Source: Tubulanus polymorphus (taxonomy: Eukaryota > Animalia > Nemertea). Taken from it: a stretch of 64,000 nt of DNA. Of the stretch, positions 1 through 13,610 are shown piece by piece. The notes under the pieces are model-generated. The model did not search any database, was not told where the DNA came from, and worked only from the letters and a program-made list of their open reading frames with translations. Location: contig NC_134027.1 of NCBI RefSeq assembly GCF_964204645.1, positions 1,954,485 through 2,018,484 of the forward strand, given 5' to 3'. Positions within the stretch are counted from its first letter, which is position 1, and each line of letters opens with the position of its first letter. The position numbers and the translations under genes were made by a program.

Positions 1-331
1 TAGTTTTATCTGTGGTCTAGATACATTGGTATTGAACAGGTATGCCAAAAATGGTCTTGAATCATAAGACTTGGTTGATATGACTATAATAGGCCTACTA
101 CAGTTTTTGTGTACCGGTATTGAATTTTGAAAATTTAAAGACGACACTTTTTGCTCAAATTTTCTAACTATTGCGTTCAGCGATATCTCAAAAACTATGG
201 CACTTAATGATCATTCAAAAAGAAGCATGCTGTTTTTTGATCCCTCCGGATTCCAATAAGCTTTCTTTTTTTTATAAGACTTAATCATTGATACTCTTAA
301 CAACCTAATTTCTTTATCTCCTCATTTACAG

Positions 332-3300
332 AGCTGTAGTTGGTCAAATCGATGATTTATTGATTCACTGTCAGTACGGTGTTAAACTCACAGATGCTGG
401 TGAATATGTGATGGATGAAAATGGCTGCCCTGAAAAAGTGTCATTTGGTAAGAATAATGATGTGCAGTCAAAACTGCTGATTTTACACAAAAACATTTAG
501 GGATAATAGGATAGGATTATGTGTTTGTAAAGCGCCTTAATCGATAAAATTGATATCAAAGCCGCTATCCAAAAGTAGGCATATCTAGGTGATTGTGTAG
601 GTTTGATTGTTTTCCAAAGGTTTAAGACAACAACATGAAGATGATTGTTCCTATGGTGCAGTTGTATGTCCAAACAGCGCTGAATGTGGAACATTCAAGA
701 AATCGAATCTTTCCGCGCATCTTGAAATATGTACAAACTTCTTCTGTTCGGCCAAAAATGCAGGTAAGACTTGAAGCCTTATTCTCATTGGATTGACATC
801 GATGACATCCTGATTAGCTATGCTATTATCGATGATAGGCTGTCGATTTAGTGGACGTCATACAGATCTGTTGGAACATTATAAAGAATGTTCTTTCTAT
901 CTAGCGAATAGATTAGTTCAGGGTTCTGATGGAGCCAATGACACAACAGTTTTAGCTATAAAAGAGCAAGTAAGTGCGCAAAAGATAGTATCTGTCCAAA
1001 AAACCATATAAAAAGATGAAGTTTTTTCATTTTTTCGTCAATTATTTGCAAACGAGAAATGAAATGTGAAGCGTTGTTGTTGTTTAAATAGATTGGTAAT
1101 CTTACGACTGAGAATCAGCATCTTTCACTGACTGTCGACCAACTTACAAATCGCGTGAAGAAACTAGAAGGGGAACGAGATGAGATGCGAAAACAACTGA
1201 TATCTTGTAAAACGTAAGTTCTGTCTCGAATTCACGGCTTTTATCACGGTTTCATACTACATCAATCACTGCTTGTAAATTAGTAATTCTACTATCAATA
1301 TTTCTTCGTGAACAGGTTTGGGTATGTAATGTTGATTAGTCGGTATTTAGGTGAAATTATCTTTGTTTGCGTTATCAAAATATATTTTATATTCATTGAA
1401 TTTGTCTTGTTAAGTGTTACATTTTATGCAAGATCCATTTCCACAGTTCTGAGTTCGATTTTGTTCGTGTTGAAATCAGTTCATCTCCCCTTTACTCACA
1501 ACTGTGAAACCGGGTCCGGTACTTTTGTTTCGAATTTTTTTCTTAAATGCTACATCAAAACTTTATGCATATCATTTTGCTTATGCTAAATGCATAGTTT
1601 TAGCTATAAACTGAAAATGTAAAGACACAGAAAATTGATTTTCAATTGATTTTCGTTGCAGTAATATTACAAAACTTACACAAACTGTTGAAGAGTTACA
1701 ACATTCAATGGAATCGAAAGGAAGAACATCTTCAGGTAGATACTCAATAGCCTGTTTTATGAGTAGTCCCTTTCTTTGCAATGTAGACATTTTTAGAAAC
1801 TATTAATTCAAAATTCAATTTGTCATTAGGTTTGAATTGTGTAATGCCGAAATCACCTCGGTCCACTAGTACAAGTATGATGTCAACATCTTCACCAGTT
1901 AGTAATCCTAATGTAAGTCTGGTTGATACATCTACTTCCAGTCGCAGTAACAGTACAGAAAACTGGACGACACCTTTAATGTTTAAATGTCTCGGTACAT
2001 TCAGGTTAGTCGAAGAAATTATTTTCGAGAAAATCGTATGCAAAACAACTACCTTTTATAACCTCAAAATTTCAATTTCAGGGGACACAAAGGACCGGTG
2101 TATGCATTAGCGAACAGAGGCAGTCGAATATTTAGTGCTGGAGGTGATAAAGTGATTAAAGTATGGAACGTTGATATGTTAGCTAAAGGTTGTATACACA
2201 CAATAGTAGCTCACAATGATGGGGTACGTTTATGCATGTATGAAAACCTAAAGGAATTATACAGTTATTTATCTACTACTTGTGTCTCATCCTATATTTG
2301 GATTTACTTTCAGATTTTCTGTATTGCTCTAATGAGGAATGTGATGTTTAGTGCAGGCGCTGACTACAGTATTAAAGCTTGGGATGTGAACTCTTATGAA
2401 CAGAAAGCTATAAGAGAGGTAAGCAGCGTTTTCATTTATTTACAGAATTTCATCTTATTGCTATACATTACATGCCGTACATGTATATCTATTATCATAA
2501 TATTTTATTTAATTTACAGCAAGCTCACAACAATATAATATGTGCTTTAGTTCATTGTGGGGAATATATCTTTACTTCATCTTATTCTGTGATCAAGGTA
2601 TAATTTTTTTCATTCTGTTTCCCACTATTTCTCTGATTATTTGATGATTTAATGATCATGTATTGCTCTACTCAACATTTTTCAAGGTTTGGAGTGCTAA
2701 AGATCTTGAACCGATTCATACGATTGATGGTTTGTACCACTGGGTCAGAGCGCTCGCAGTTAATAGAACCAAGGTAATAAAATGTTTGTACATTTATAAT
2801 GTTTTTTCCTGGTACCTGAATGTATTGTATTTTCATTTTAATCGATGTATAAATCATAGGATAAAGTATACAGTGGATCTCACAATACGATAGAAATGTG
2901 GGATGCTTCTGGTAAATTCAACCTTCGCGGAAAGATCGATCATAAATATGGTTCCATTCATTCCTTAGTATTGACGTCTAAGTACATCATTGCAGGTAAT
3001 AAAATAGTCATTATTGTATGCGCTACTATGATAAGATCAATCTTTATGTCGCGACTTTGTAACTGAGTCCTGATCATTTTGAAACATATTTCTTTTTTTC
3101 TAGGCACGTACAATCAAAATATTCGTTTATTCAATATATCCACTCATCAGCATGTAATACATCTACGAGGTCACGTGGGGGCAGTGACGAGTTTACTCGT
3201 ATCTCCATCTGAACGATTCTTATTCTCCGGTTCAGCCGATAATTCTGTGCAGGTATTCAAAAAAAGAACGGATACAAAGTTTTTATACACAGTCTCGTTT

Positions 3301-3669
3301 CGATAATTTTCACATTCAAGTTAAAGATTATGCATTTGTAGATATGGAATCTGGAGAATATGCTTTCAATACACAGTCTGAGTAGACATGAAGGAAGTGT
3401 CGATGCTCTTACTTTATACGGTGACTTATTACTAACCGGGTCCGAAGATACAGAAATTAAGGTATGTTTCGGTGATGAAGTGACCTCAGTGAATAAGTTA
3501 AATAACTTATTCGTTATATTCCTGTATCGTTGTTGCAGTACATTTTATTCTATAAGTAAAAACAACTTGTCTACATACATATATTCTATTGTGATGTATA
3601 TCATAGAATTGTTTTTAATTTGTATTTTTTCAGTTGTTCAAGTATTTCAAGATTGAGACAATCAGATAA
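332..3669 (+). CDS. TRAF7: TRAF7-like E3 ubiquitin ligase (TRAF-type zinc finger, coiled coil, WD40 repeats); 5' part lies upstream of the window
   Basis: GT-AG exons at about 332-447 (AVVGQIDDLLIHCQYG...GCPEKV), 620-763 (HEDDCSYGAVVCPNSAECG...LSAHLEIC), 839-969 and 1092-1213 (coiled coil). WD40 exons follow (GHKGPVYALA...SAGGDKVIKVW; GHVGAVTSL...SGSADNSVQIW; HEGSVDAL...TGSEDTEIK). Last exon 3634-3669 reads LFKYFKIETIR*. The architecture and zinc-finger sequence resemble TRAF7, but this may be a paralog. Confidence 0.8.
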
Positions 3670-6600
3670 CGGCCGAATCATGGACAATGATCGATTGAAT
3701 TTATGGAACTGTTTTGAGATTTTTTTTATGAGTACTGTGTAGCTTTTACTCAAGCAAGCATCAATGCGTACAAAATGAGATATTTGAGATGTGAATACAA
3801 CGTTTTCTTTATTGTTCTGTAACATTTATTTATAAACTAGCCTACATGTAGTTTCATATTTAAACAAAGTTTTATGCATTATTACTGGTGCCCGAATCAA
3901 ATTCATATTGTTTACCTCGCTATTCTGTTATTAATTCTCCAGGCATCAAATGTCAAACATTTTTCTCTTGATTCAGATTATTTTCAAATTGAAGTGTTTT
4001 TCTCTTTAAACAATTTTATTGTCATAGATTATGAGTATTAGATATTTAATTCTTGTTTCTCAGGAATGATTATAAATGATAAATGCAGCTGCTGAAACCG
4101 ACTTTTAATGAAATAAAAATCATTTGTAAGAATTCTGTGCGTTCTCACGTCGTTGACTATCTTCATGTATCTTCAATTTGCATAATCTTCTTTCTAGTAT
4201 CAATATCGATAGGCTGGATTTGAACCCGAAACACCCAGTTTATTCTCTGCTGAACACCCCAAAAACTTAAAACTTTCAATAGATGGCGCATGTGATACAT
4301 GGTTCATCGCTAAGTTCGCTATTGAGAGGACTCCAGAAATATGGATAGTTCAGGGAAATTCCAATAGATGGCGAAAATATCTTCATTTAGTGTCGATAGG
4401 TTGGCCTAGAATTTGGGACATCATATAGCATCCAGCGACTGGAAATCAGTGAGTTCCATGAACACAGCTGAACACGCTCAATAAAACAATCTATTCAATA
4501 ATTCGATGTACTTCATTGTTATAAAAGATAACAAACCTATTCTACATCATCACATATACTATGATTTAAACCTCAATCAGACTTAATGAGTATACATAAT
4601 TAAAAATAGCGTATGAAGAGAAAGCAAATATTACTTAAATGTGTCATATTCGTTTATTCAATATATCCACTCATCAGCATGAAATACATCTACGAGGTCA
4701 CGTGGGGGCAGTGACGAGTTTACTCGTATCTCCATCTGAACGATTCTTATTCTCCGGTTCAGCTGATAATTCTGTGCAGGTATTCAAAAAAAGAACGGAG
4801 ACAAGGTTTTAATACACAGTCTCGTTTCGATAATTTTCACATTCAAGTTAAAGATTATGCATTTGTAGATATGGAATCTGGAGAATATGCTTTCAATACA
4901 CAGTCTGAGTAGACATGAAGGAAGTGTCGATGCTCTTACTTTATACGGTGACTTATTACTAACCGGGTCCGAAGATACAGAAATTAAGGTATGTTTCGGT
5001 GATGAAGTGACCTCAGTGAATAAGTTAAATAACTTATTCGTTATATTCCTGTATCGTTGTTGCAGTACATTTTATTCTATAAGTAAAAACAACTTGTCTA
5101 CATACATATATTCTATTGTGATGTATATCATAGAATTGTTTTTAATTTGTATTTTTTCAGTTGTTCAAGTATTTCAAGATTGAGACAATCAGATAACGGC
5201 CGAATCATGGACAATGATCGATTGAATTTATGGAACTGTTTTGAGATTTTTTTTATGAGTACTGTGTAGCTTTTACTCAAGCAAGCATCAATGCGTACAA
5301 ATGAGATATTTGAGATGTGAATACAACGTTTTCTTTATTGTTCTGTAACATTTATTTATAAACTAGCCTACATGTAGTTTCATATTTAAACAAAGTTTTA
5401 TGCATTATTACTGGTGCCCGAATCAAATTCATATTGTTTACTTCGCTGTTCTGTTATTAATTCTACAGGCATCAAATGTCAAACATTTTCTCTCGATTCA
5501 GATTATTTTCAAATTGAAGTGTTTTTCTCTTTAAACAATTTTATTGTCGTAGATTATGAGTATTAGATATTTAATTCTTGTTTCTCAGGAATGATTATAA
5601 ATGATAAATGCAGCTGCTGAAACCGACTTTTAATGAAATAAAAATCATTTGTAAGAATTCTGTGCGTTCTCACGTCGTTGACTATCTTCATGTATCTTCA
5701 ATTTGCATACTCTTCTTTCTAGTATCAATATCGATAGGCTGGATTTGAACCCGAAACACCCAGTTTATTCTCTGCTGAAGGCCCAAAAACTTAAAACTTT
5801 CAATAGATGGCGCATGTGATACGTGGTTCATCGCTAAGTTCGCTATTGAGAGGATTCCAGAAATATGGATAGTTCAGGGAAATTCCAATAGATGGCGAAA
5901 ATATCTGTTCATTTAGTGTCGATAGGTTGGCCTAGAATTTGGGACATCATATAGCATCCAGCGACTGGAAATCAGTGAGTTCCATGAACACAGCTGAACA
6001 CGCTCAATAAAACAATCTATTCAATAATTCGATGTACTTCATTGTTACAAAAGATAACAAACCTATTCTACATCATCACAATACTATGATTTAAACCTCA
6101 ATCAGACTTAATGAGTATACATAATTAAAAATAGCGTATGAAGAGAAAGCAAATATTACTTAAATGTGTAATATTCGTTTATTCAATATATCCACTCATC
6201 AGCATGAACATCTACGAGGTCACGTGGGGGCAGTGACGAGTTTACTCGTATCTCCATCTGAACGATTCCTCCGGTTCAGCCGATAATTCTGTGCAGGTAT
6301 TCAAAAAAAGAACGGAGACAAGGTTTTAATACACAGTCTCGTTTCGATAATTTTCACATTCAAGTTAAAGATTATGCATTTGTAGATATGGAATCTGGAG
6401 AATATGCTTTCAATACACAGTCTGAGTAGACATGAAGGAAGTGTCGATGCTCTTACTTTATACGGTGACTTATTACTAACCGGGTCCGAAGATACAGAAA
6501 TTAAGGTATGTTTCGGTGATGAAGTGACCTCAGTGAATAAGTTGAATAACTTATTCGTTATATTCCTGTATCGTTGTTGCAGTACATTTTATTCTATAAG

Positions 6601-9600
6601 TAAAAACAACTTGTCTACATACATATATTCTATTGTGATGTATATCATAGAATTGTTTTTAATTTGTATTTTTTCAGTTGTTCAAGTATTTCAAGATTGA
6701 GACAATCAGATAACGGCCGAATCATGGACAATGATCGATTGAATTTATGGAACTGTTTTGAGATTTTTTTTATGAGTACTGTGTAGCTTTTACTCGAGCA
6801 AGCATCAATGCGTACTAATGAGATATTTGAGATGTGAATACAACGTTTTCTTTATTGTTCTGTAACATTTATTTATAAACTAGCCTACATGTAGTTTCAT
6901 ATTTAAACAAAGTTTTATGCATTATTACTGGTGCCCGAATCAAATTCATATTGTTTACTTCGCTATTCTGTTATTAATTCTACAGGCATCAAATGTCAAA
7001 CATTTTCTCTCGATTCAGATTATTTTCAAATTGAAGTGTTTTTCTCTTTAAACAATTTTATTGTCATAGATTATGAGTATTAGATATTTGATTCTTGTTT
7101 CTCAGGAATGATTATAAATGATAAATGCAGCTGCTGAAACCGACTTTTAATGAAATAAAAATCATTTGTAAGAATTCTGTGCGTTCTCACGTCGTTGACT
7201 ATCTTTATGTATCTTCAATTTGCATACTCTTCTTTCTAGTATCAATATCGATAGGCTGGATTTGAACCCGAAACACCCAGTTTATTCTCTGCTGAACGCC
7301 CCAAAAACTTAAAACTTTCAATAGATGGCGCATGTGATACATGGTTCATCGCTAAGTTCGCTATTGAGAGGACTCCAGAAATTTGGATAGTTCAGGGAAA
7401 TTCCAATAGATGGCGAAAATATCTGTTCATTTAGTGTCGATAGGTTGGCCTAGAATTTGGGACATCATATAGCATCCAGCGACTGGAAATCAGTGAGTTC
7501 CATGAACACAGCTGAACACGCTCAATAAAACAATCTATTCAATAATTCGATGTACTTTATTGTTATAAAAGATAACAAACCTATTCTACATCATCACAAT
7601 ACTATGATTTAAACCTCAAGCAGACTTAATGAGTATACATAATTAAAAATAGCGTATGAAGAGAAAGCAAATATTACTTAAATGTGTAATATTCGTTTAT
7701 TCAATATATCCACTCATCAGCATGAACATCTACGAGGTCACTTGGGGGCAGTGACGAGTTTACTCGTATCTCCATCTGAACGATTCCTCCGGTTCAGCCG
7801 ATAATTCTGTGCAGGTATTCAAAAAAAGAACGGAGACAAAGTTTTTATACACAGTCTCGTTTCGATAATTTTCACATTCAAGTTAAAGATTATGCATTTG
7901 TAGATATGGAATCTGGAGAATATGCTTTCAATACACAGTCTGAGTAGACATGAAGGAAGTGTCGATGCTCTTACTTTATACGGTGACTTATTACTAACCG
8001 GGTCCGAAGATACAGAAATTAAGGTATGTTTCGGTGATGAAGTGACCTCAGTGAATAAGTTAAATAACTTATTCGTTATATTCCTGTATCGTTGTTGCAG
8101 TACATTTTATTCTATAAGTAAAAACAACTTGTCTACATACATATATTCTATTGCGATGTATATCATAGAATTGTTTTTAATTTGTATTTTTTCAGTTGTT
8201 CAAGTATTTCAAGATTGAGACAATCAGATAACGACTGAATCATGGACAATGATCGATTGAATTTATGGAACTGTTTTGAGATTTTTTTATGAGTACTGTG
8301 CAGCTTTTACTCGAGCAAGCATCAATGCGTACAAATGAGATATTTGAGATGTGAATACAACGTTTTCTTTATTGTTCTGTAACATTTATTTATAAACTAG
8401 CCTACATGTAGTTTCATATTTAAACAAAGTTTTATGCATTATTACTGGTGCCCGAATCAAATTCATATTGTTTACTTCACTATTCTGTTATTAATTCTAC
8501 AGGCATCAAATGTCAAACATTTTTCTCTTGATTCAGATTATTTTCAAATTGAAGTGTTTTTCTCTTTAAACAATTTTATTGTCGTAGATTATGAGTATTA
8601 GATATTTAATTCTTGTTTCTCAGGAATGATTATAAATGATAAATGCAGCTGCTGAAACCGACTTTTAATGAAATAAAAATCATTTGTAAGAATTCTGTGC
8701 GTTCTCACGTCGTTGACTATCTTCATGTATCTTCAATTTGCATAATCTTCTTTCTAGTATCAATATCGATAGGCTGGATTTGAACCCGAAACGCCCAGTT
8801 TATTCTCTGCTGAACGCCCCAAAAACTTAAAACTTTCAATAGATGGCGCATGTGATACATGGTTCATCGCTAAGTTCGCTATTGAGAGGACTCCAGAAAT
8901 ATGGATAGTTCAGGGAAATTCCAATAGATGGCGAAAATATCTGTTCATTTAATGTCGATAGGTTAGCCTAGAATTTGGGACATCATATAGCATCCAGCGA
9001 CTGGAAATCAGTGAGTTCCATGAACACAGCTGAACACGCTCAATAAAACAATCTATTCAATAATTCGATGTACTTTATTGTTATAAAAGATAACAAACCT
9101 ATTCTACATCATCACAATACTATGATTTAAACCTCAATCAGACTTAATGAGTATACATAATTAAAAATAGCGTATGAAGAGAAAAGCAAATATTACTTAA
9201 ATGTGTCATATTCGTTTATTTAATATATCCACTCATCAGCATGTAATACATCTACGAGGTCACGTGGGGGCAGTGACGAGTTTACTCGTATCTCCATCTG
9301 AACGATTCTTATTCTCCGGTTCAGCTGATAATTCTGTGCAGGTATTCAAAAAAAGAACGGAGACAAAGTTTTTATACACAGTCTCGTTTCGATAATTTTC
9401 ACATTCAAGTTAAAGATTATGCATTTGTAGATATGGAATCTGGAGAATATGCTTTCAATACACAGTCTGAGTAGACATGAAGGAAGTGTCGATGCTCTTA
9501 CTTTATACGGTGACTTATTACTAACCGGGTCCGAAGATACAGAAATTAAGGTATGTTTCGGTGATGAAGTGACCTCAGTGAATAAGTTAAATAACTTATT

Positions 9601-10752
9601 CGTTATATTCCTGTATCGTTGTTGCAGTACATTTTATTCTATAAGTAAAAACAACTTGTCTACATACATATATTCTATTGTGATGTATATCATAGAATTG
9701 TTTTTAATTTGTATTTTTTCAGTTGTTCAAGTATTTCAAGATTGAGACAATCAGATAACGGCTGAATCATGGACAATGATCGATTGAATTTATGGAACTG
9801 TTTTGAGATTTTTTTTATGAGTACTGTGTAGCTTTTACTCAAGCAAGCATCAATGCGTACAAAATGAGATATTTGAGATGTGAATACAACGTTTTCTTTA
9901 TTGTTCTGTAACATTTATTTATAAACTAGCCTACATGTAGTTTCATATTTAAACAAAGTTTTACGTATTATTACTGGTGCCCGAATCAAATTCATATTGT
10001 TTACTTCGCTATTCTGTTATTAATTCTCCAGGCATCAAATGTCAAACGTTTTTCTCTCGATTCAGATTATTTTCACATTGAAGTGTTTTTCTCTTTAAAC
10101 AATTTTATTGTCATAGATTATGAGTATTAGATATTTAATTCTTGTTTCTCAGGAATGATTATAAATGATAAATGCAGCTGCTGAAACCGACTTTTAATGA
10201 AATAAAAATCATTTGTAAGAATTCTGTGCGTTCTCACGTCGTTGACTATCTTTATGTATCTTCAATTTGCATACTCTTCTTTCTAGTATCAATATCGATA
10301 GGCTGGATTTGAACCCGAAACACCCAGTTTATTCTCTGCTGAACGCCCCAAAAACTTAAAACTTTCAATAGATGGCGCATGTGATACATGGTTCATCGCT
10401 AAGTTCGCTATTGAGAGGACTCCAGAAATATGGATAGTTCAGGGAAATTCCAATAGATGGCGAAAATATCTGTTCATTTAGTGTCGATGGGTTGGCGTAG
10501 AATTTGGTACTAGTAGTTTTCCTTCATGTAGCATCCAGCGACTGGAAATCAGTGAGTTCCATGAACACAGCTGAACACGCACAATAAAACAATTTATTCA
10601 ATAATTCGATGTACTTTATTGTTATAAAAGATAACAAACCTATTCTACATCATCACAATACTATGATTAAAACCTCAATCACAGACTTAATGAGTATACA
10701 TAATTAAAAATAGCGCATGAAGAGAGAGCAAATATTACTTAAATGTGTCATA
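3119..10752 (+). repeat. Five-copy tandem segmental duplication, unit ~1.52 kb, containing the last 2.8 exons and 3' flank of the TRAF7-like gene
   Basis: Units start at ATATTCGTTTATT at about 3119, 4646, 6171, 7689 and 9208. The 98-aa ORF MLSIHSLSRHEGSV... recurs five times in the ORF track. Confidence 0.97.
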
Positions 10753-11365
10753 CAATATTTCTACTGACCTTAAGATTCTCATTATTATGAATAAAACGAA
10801 ACCAAGTAAACAGAAGAAAAAACATACAATAAATATCATAAATAACTTCAAATGATATGCGTTTATAGATTGAGCTGGAATGCTTCTAAAGCGAAAAGTA
10901 ATTGATTAATAAAGAATCGATTATCTAATAAATAAATGACAAAATTGCCAACAGTAGTATAAATACTACCCAATTGTGGTTCATTTCAACGATAATATGT
11001 GATTTAGAACGTAAAATGCACTGTTTTTCCTGATATATTTACTTAAAAAGCTATATATAGATTCACGAATAAACTTAAAAAGAAAACAGTTTAAATGATT
11101 GAACACATTGGAACAAATTTATGATAACATTCTGGTATTTTCAAGTTGATGGTCATGCAGATCTGTTTTTCAAACTATATCGACTTTTTTCATAGAGTAC
11201 TGAACGGTCCCACAATTGATGATCTTTTACATCTACTGTTTCTCTAAAGATGGGATTTAGATGAAGTTAGAAATGCAGTTAGAATAATCAACACGTAAAG
11301 ACATAATCAATTGTGAGACTGTTCATTATCTTCTCCACTGAGAAATACATGAGTTTACCCATTAG

Positions 11366-11485
11366 TTTTCAGTTCCACAGTTGTGAGTTAAAGTTGACTC
11401 TTCAGTTGATCATTAGTTCATTTTTTCAATGAACTAATTCTTGAGTCAAACTTTAACTCATAACTCATAACTCTGCAACTGGGTC
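11366..11485. mobile_element. MITE (Harbinger-like CCAGTT...AACTGG family), in the MFSD3 3' region
   Basis: Long imperfect inverted repeat: CAGTTCCACAGTTGTGAGTTAAAGTTGACTC ... GAGTCAAACTTTAACTCATAACT...GCAACTGGG. Related sequences occur at ~19260, ~45600 and 63559. Confidence 0.7.
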
Positions 11486-11504
11486 CTGAACTGTAGGTTT
11501 TATT

Positions 11505-13610
11505 CTAATTATCTTTAGATTTATTATCATTAGTGTTTGATACAAAACATGGGTCACATTTCTGTAAGTAAACAAGCGATAGTCCCGACAGAAATATAAA
11601 CGTACAAAACATCAATTTATATCCAAACACATCGGTCAACAGACCCAAAAAAGATGAAAATGTCAATTTGCCAAAAACCTCTAGCGTTGCTAAGGTCGTA
11701 TAGTGGGTAGCTTGAATTTCAGCACAGGCTTTTTGGGAACATTGCATCATGAAAGTAAATGTGGCAGTAGTAACCATACCACTAATCATCAGCAGCACAT
11801 TCATTAAACACGCGGAAATACCTGAATAACGAAAATAACAATCCTAGTTATAAATAACTGTATTGATATATAATCCCACAATAGGAATACTACCGTAAAT
11901 CAAATAAAGTAAAATCTTGGCATTCTTGAAGATGATTAATGGTCGAAACGTCAAAATAAATATAAGCTCAAAGAAACATCTCAGACCTTTTGCTTTCTCA
12001 TTGTGGGATTGTGCATTATTGTGAAAACATAAACTCTGAGTGTTACACCAATGGTTTTAGCCAGCTAACTGTATTCTCTGAATATAATCAAGCTAACACT
12101 CACAGAATAAACTTGAAGATGTGAAATAAACATCCGGCCAAACAACAACCAACATAAGCATGGCTCCGAGAGGAATACTACGCCCCAGAAAGAGTTGACG
12201 CAATAAAAACAATGGCGGAAAACTATAAGAAAATTAAAAAGAATGTTCACTATTAAAACATTTCAGTACTAATCATAAGTATCAGATAACAGTTGAAGTC
12301 ATACCTGTATTTTGAGATAAGGAATCCCCCAAGCGCTGATCCACAAATAGATGTAGCCTGACCGACAACTCCGGTCCAGAAACCGATATCAGCCGTTGTA
12401 TATTGATGATCGACAAGGAACAGTGGTAACATATTCAGCGCCCCCTGTTCACCTAAAATATCAAATAGCACGAGTAAATCAGGCTTTACAGTAACTAGTC
12501 AGCTTGAACAAAACAAAATCATTTATCACTGAATTTTCCTACAATATGAAGTCAGAACTATTCTAATATCTTATCCCACATTTTGATCACCTTCATTCAG
12601 GAATACTTTTAGGATACAGTTGAAAGGTTAAATATAATATCAATTCATGGAAAATTATGCGCTGTGTTTTCTGTTTTAGTGTGTGATTTTTATATAGGCG
12701 CTAGTTGTTACAACATGTACTCGCACTAATTCATCTAAGGTTACAAACCTAGCTTATAAATAATCACATATCCCATCATCCATTTTGTCCCGGGGCTCTT
12801 GATCACGTCGAAAATGAAGCTGAAATGGCTTCTAACATTGTCGCTGCTGCTTTCCATATCTTTCTCCGGGCTTTTACGAGTTTGTAGCAAACACTGAAAA
12901 TCTTCCTGATCTTCGAGATCATCGGTTACCGGGTTACCGACATCTTCATCGCTGATCGATGATCGTTCATCATCTTCATCGATAGTCGGTAAGCGTTTTT
13001 TGAGACGACGGCTTCGATCATTCAGTTGCGCCGCCTGGTGGCCATCACTCTCGATACGCTTTAGATTCGATGAAAAGTTCACGAACAACACTGCTTCGGC
13101 GTAAATAATAGTCAATATCCCGAATAAAACCTTCCAGCCTAAAACATCCATCAACCAAACCAATAAACCACCGCCAACAATTGACCCGATCTTATACCCG
13201 ACAACTTGAGCCGTATTTCCGTGTCCTAACTCTTCAGCGGTGAGAATCTGAATCGCGATTCCGTCGACCGCGATATCCTGCGTCGCCGCGAACAGATTCA
13301 TGACGAACAACAATAAACTGAGAACGGGGATAAAATCACGCGGTATGAACGCGCATATAGCGCACGTTACCATCAAACCGAACATACTCCAAAACAACCA
13401 TAGTCGCTTCGTTCCGTATCGGTCGACGAGCGGTGCCCATAACGCTTTACACAACCACGGAACTAATAACAGTTTAAAGAAACTCAGGTTTGTCAGCGAA
13501 ACGCCCTGAGCGCGCAGGTACAACGGTAAAAACCGCGCCTGAAATCCGTACGGTAATCCCTGAACGAAGTAGAGAAATGTCAACAACATTATATTCGTTG
13601 AGAGGATCAT
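11505..13610 (-). CDS. MFSD3: Major facilitator superfamily domain-containing protein 3 (AmpG/SLC33-like transporter)
   Basis: Exons 13610-12749, 12452-12305, 12222-12104 and 11821-11505 splice in frame. Motifs LYFVQGLPYGFQ, KALWAPLVD, AATQDIAVDG, GNTAQVVGYKIGS and IQATHYTTLATLEVFGK are typical of MFSD3. Confidence 0.92.

Noticed and set aside
4205-4260. tRNA-like B-box (GGTTCAAATCC on the minus strand) in each tandem unit
   Set aside because: No A-box or cloverleaf could be built; at most a SINE or tRNA fragment.
4887-9745. Four additional 98-aa ORFs as independent genes
   Set aside because: They are exon-plus-intron read-through of the duplicated TRAF7-like terminal exons and have no evident promoter or 5' exons.
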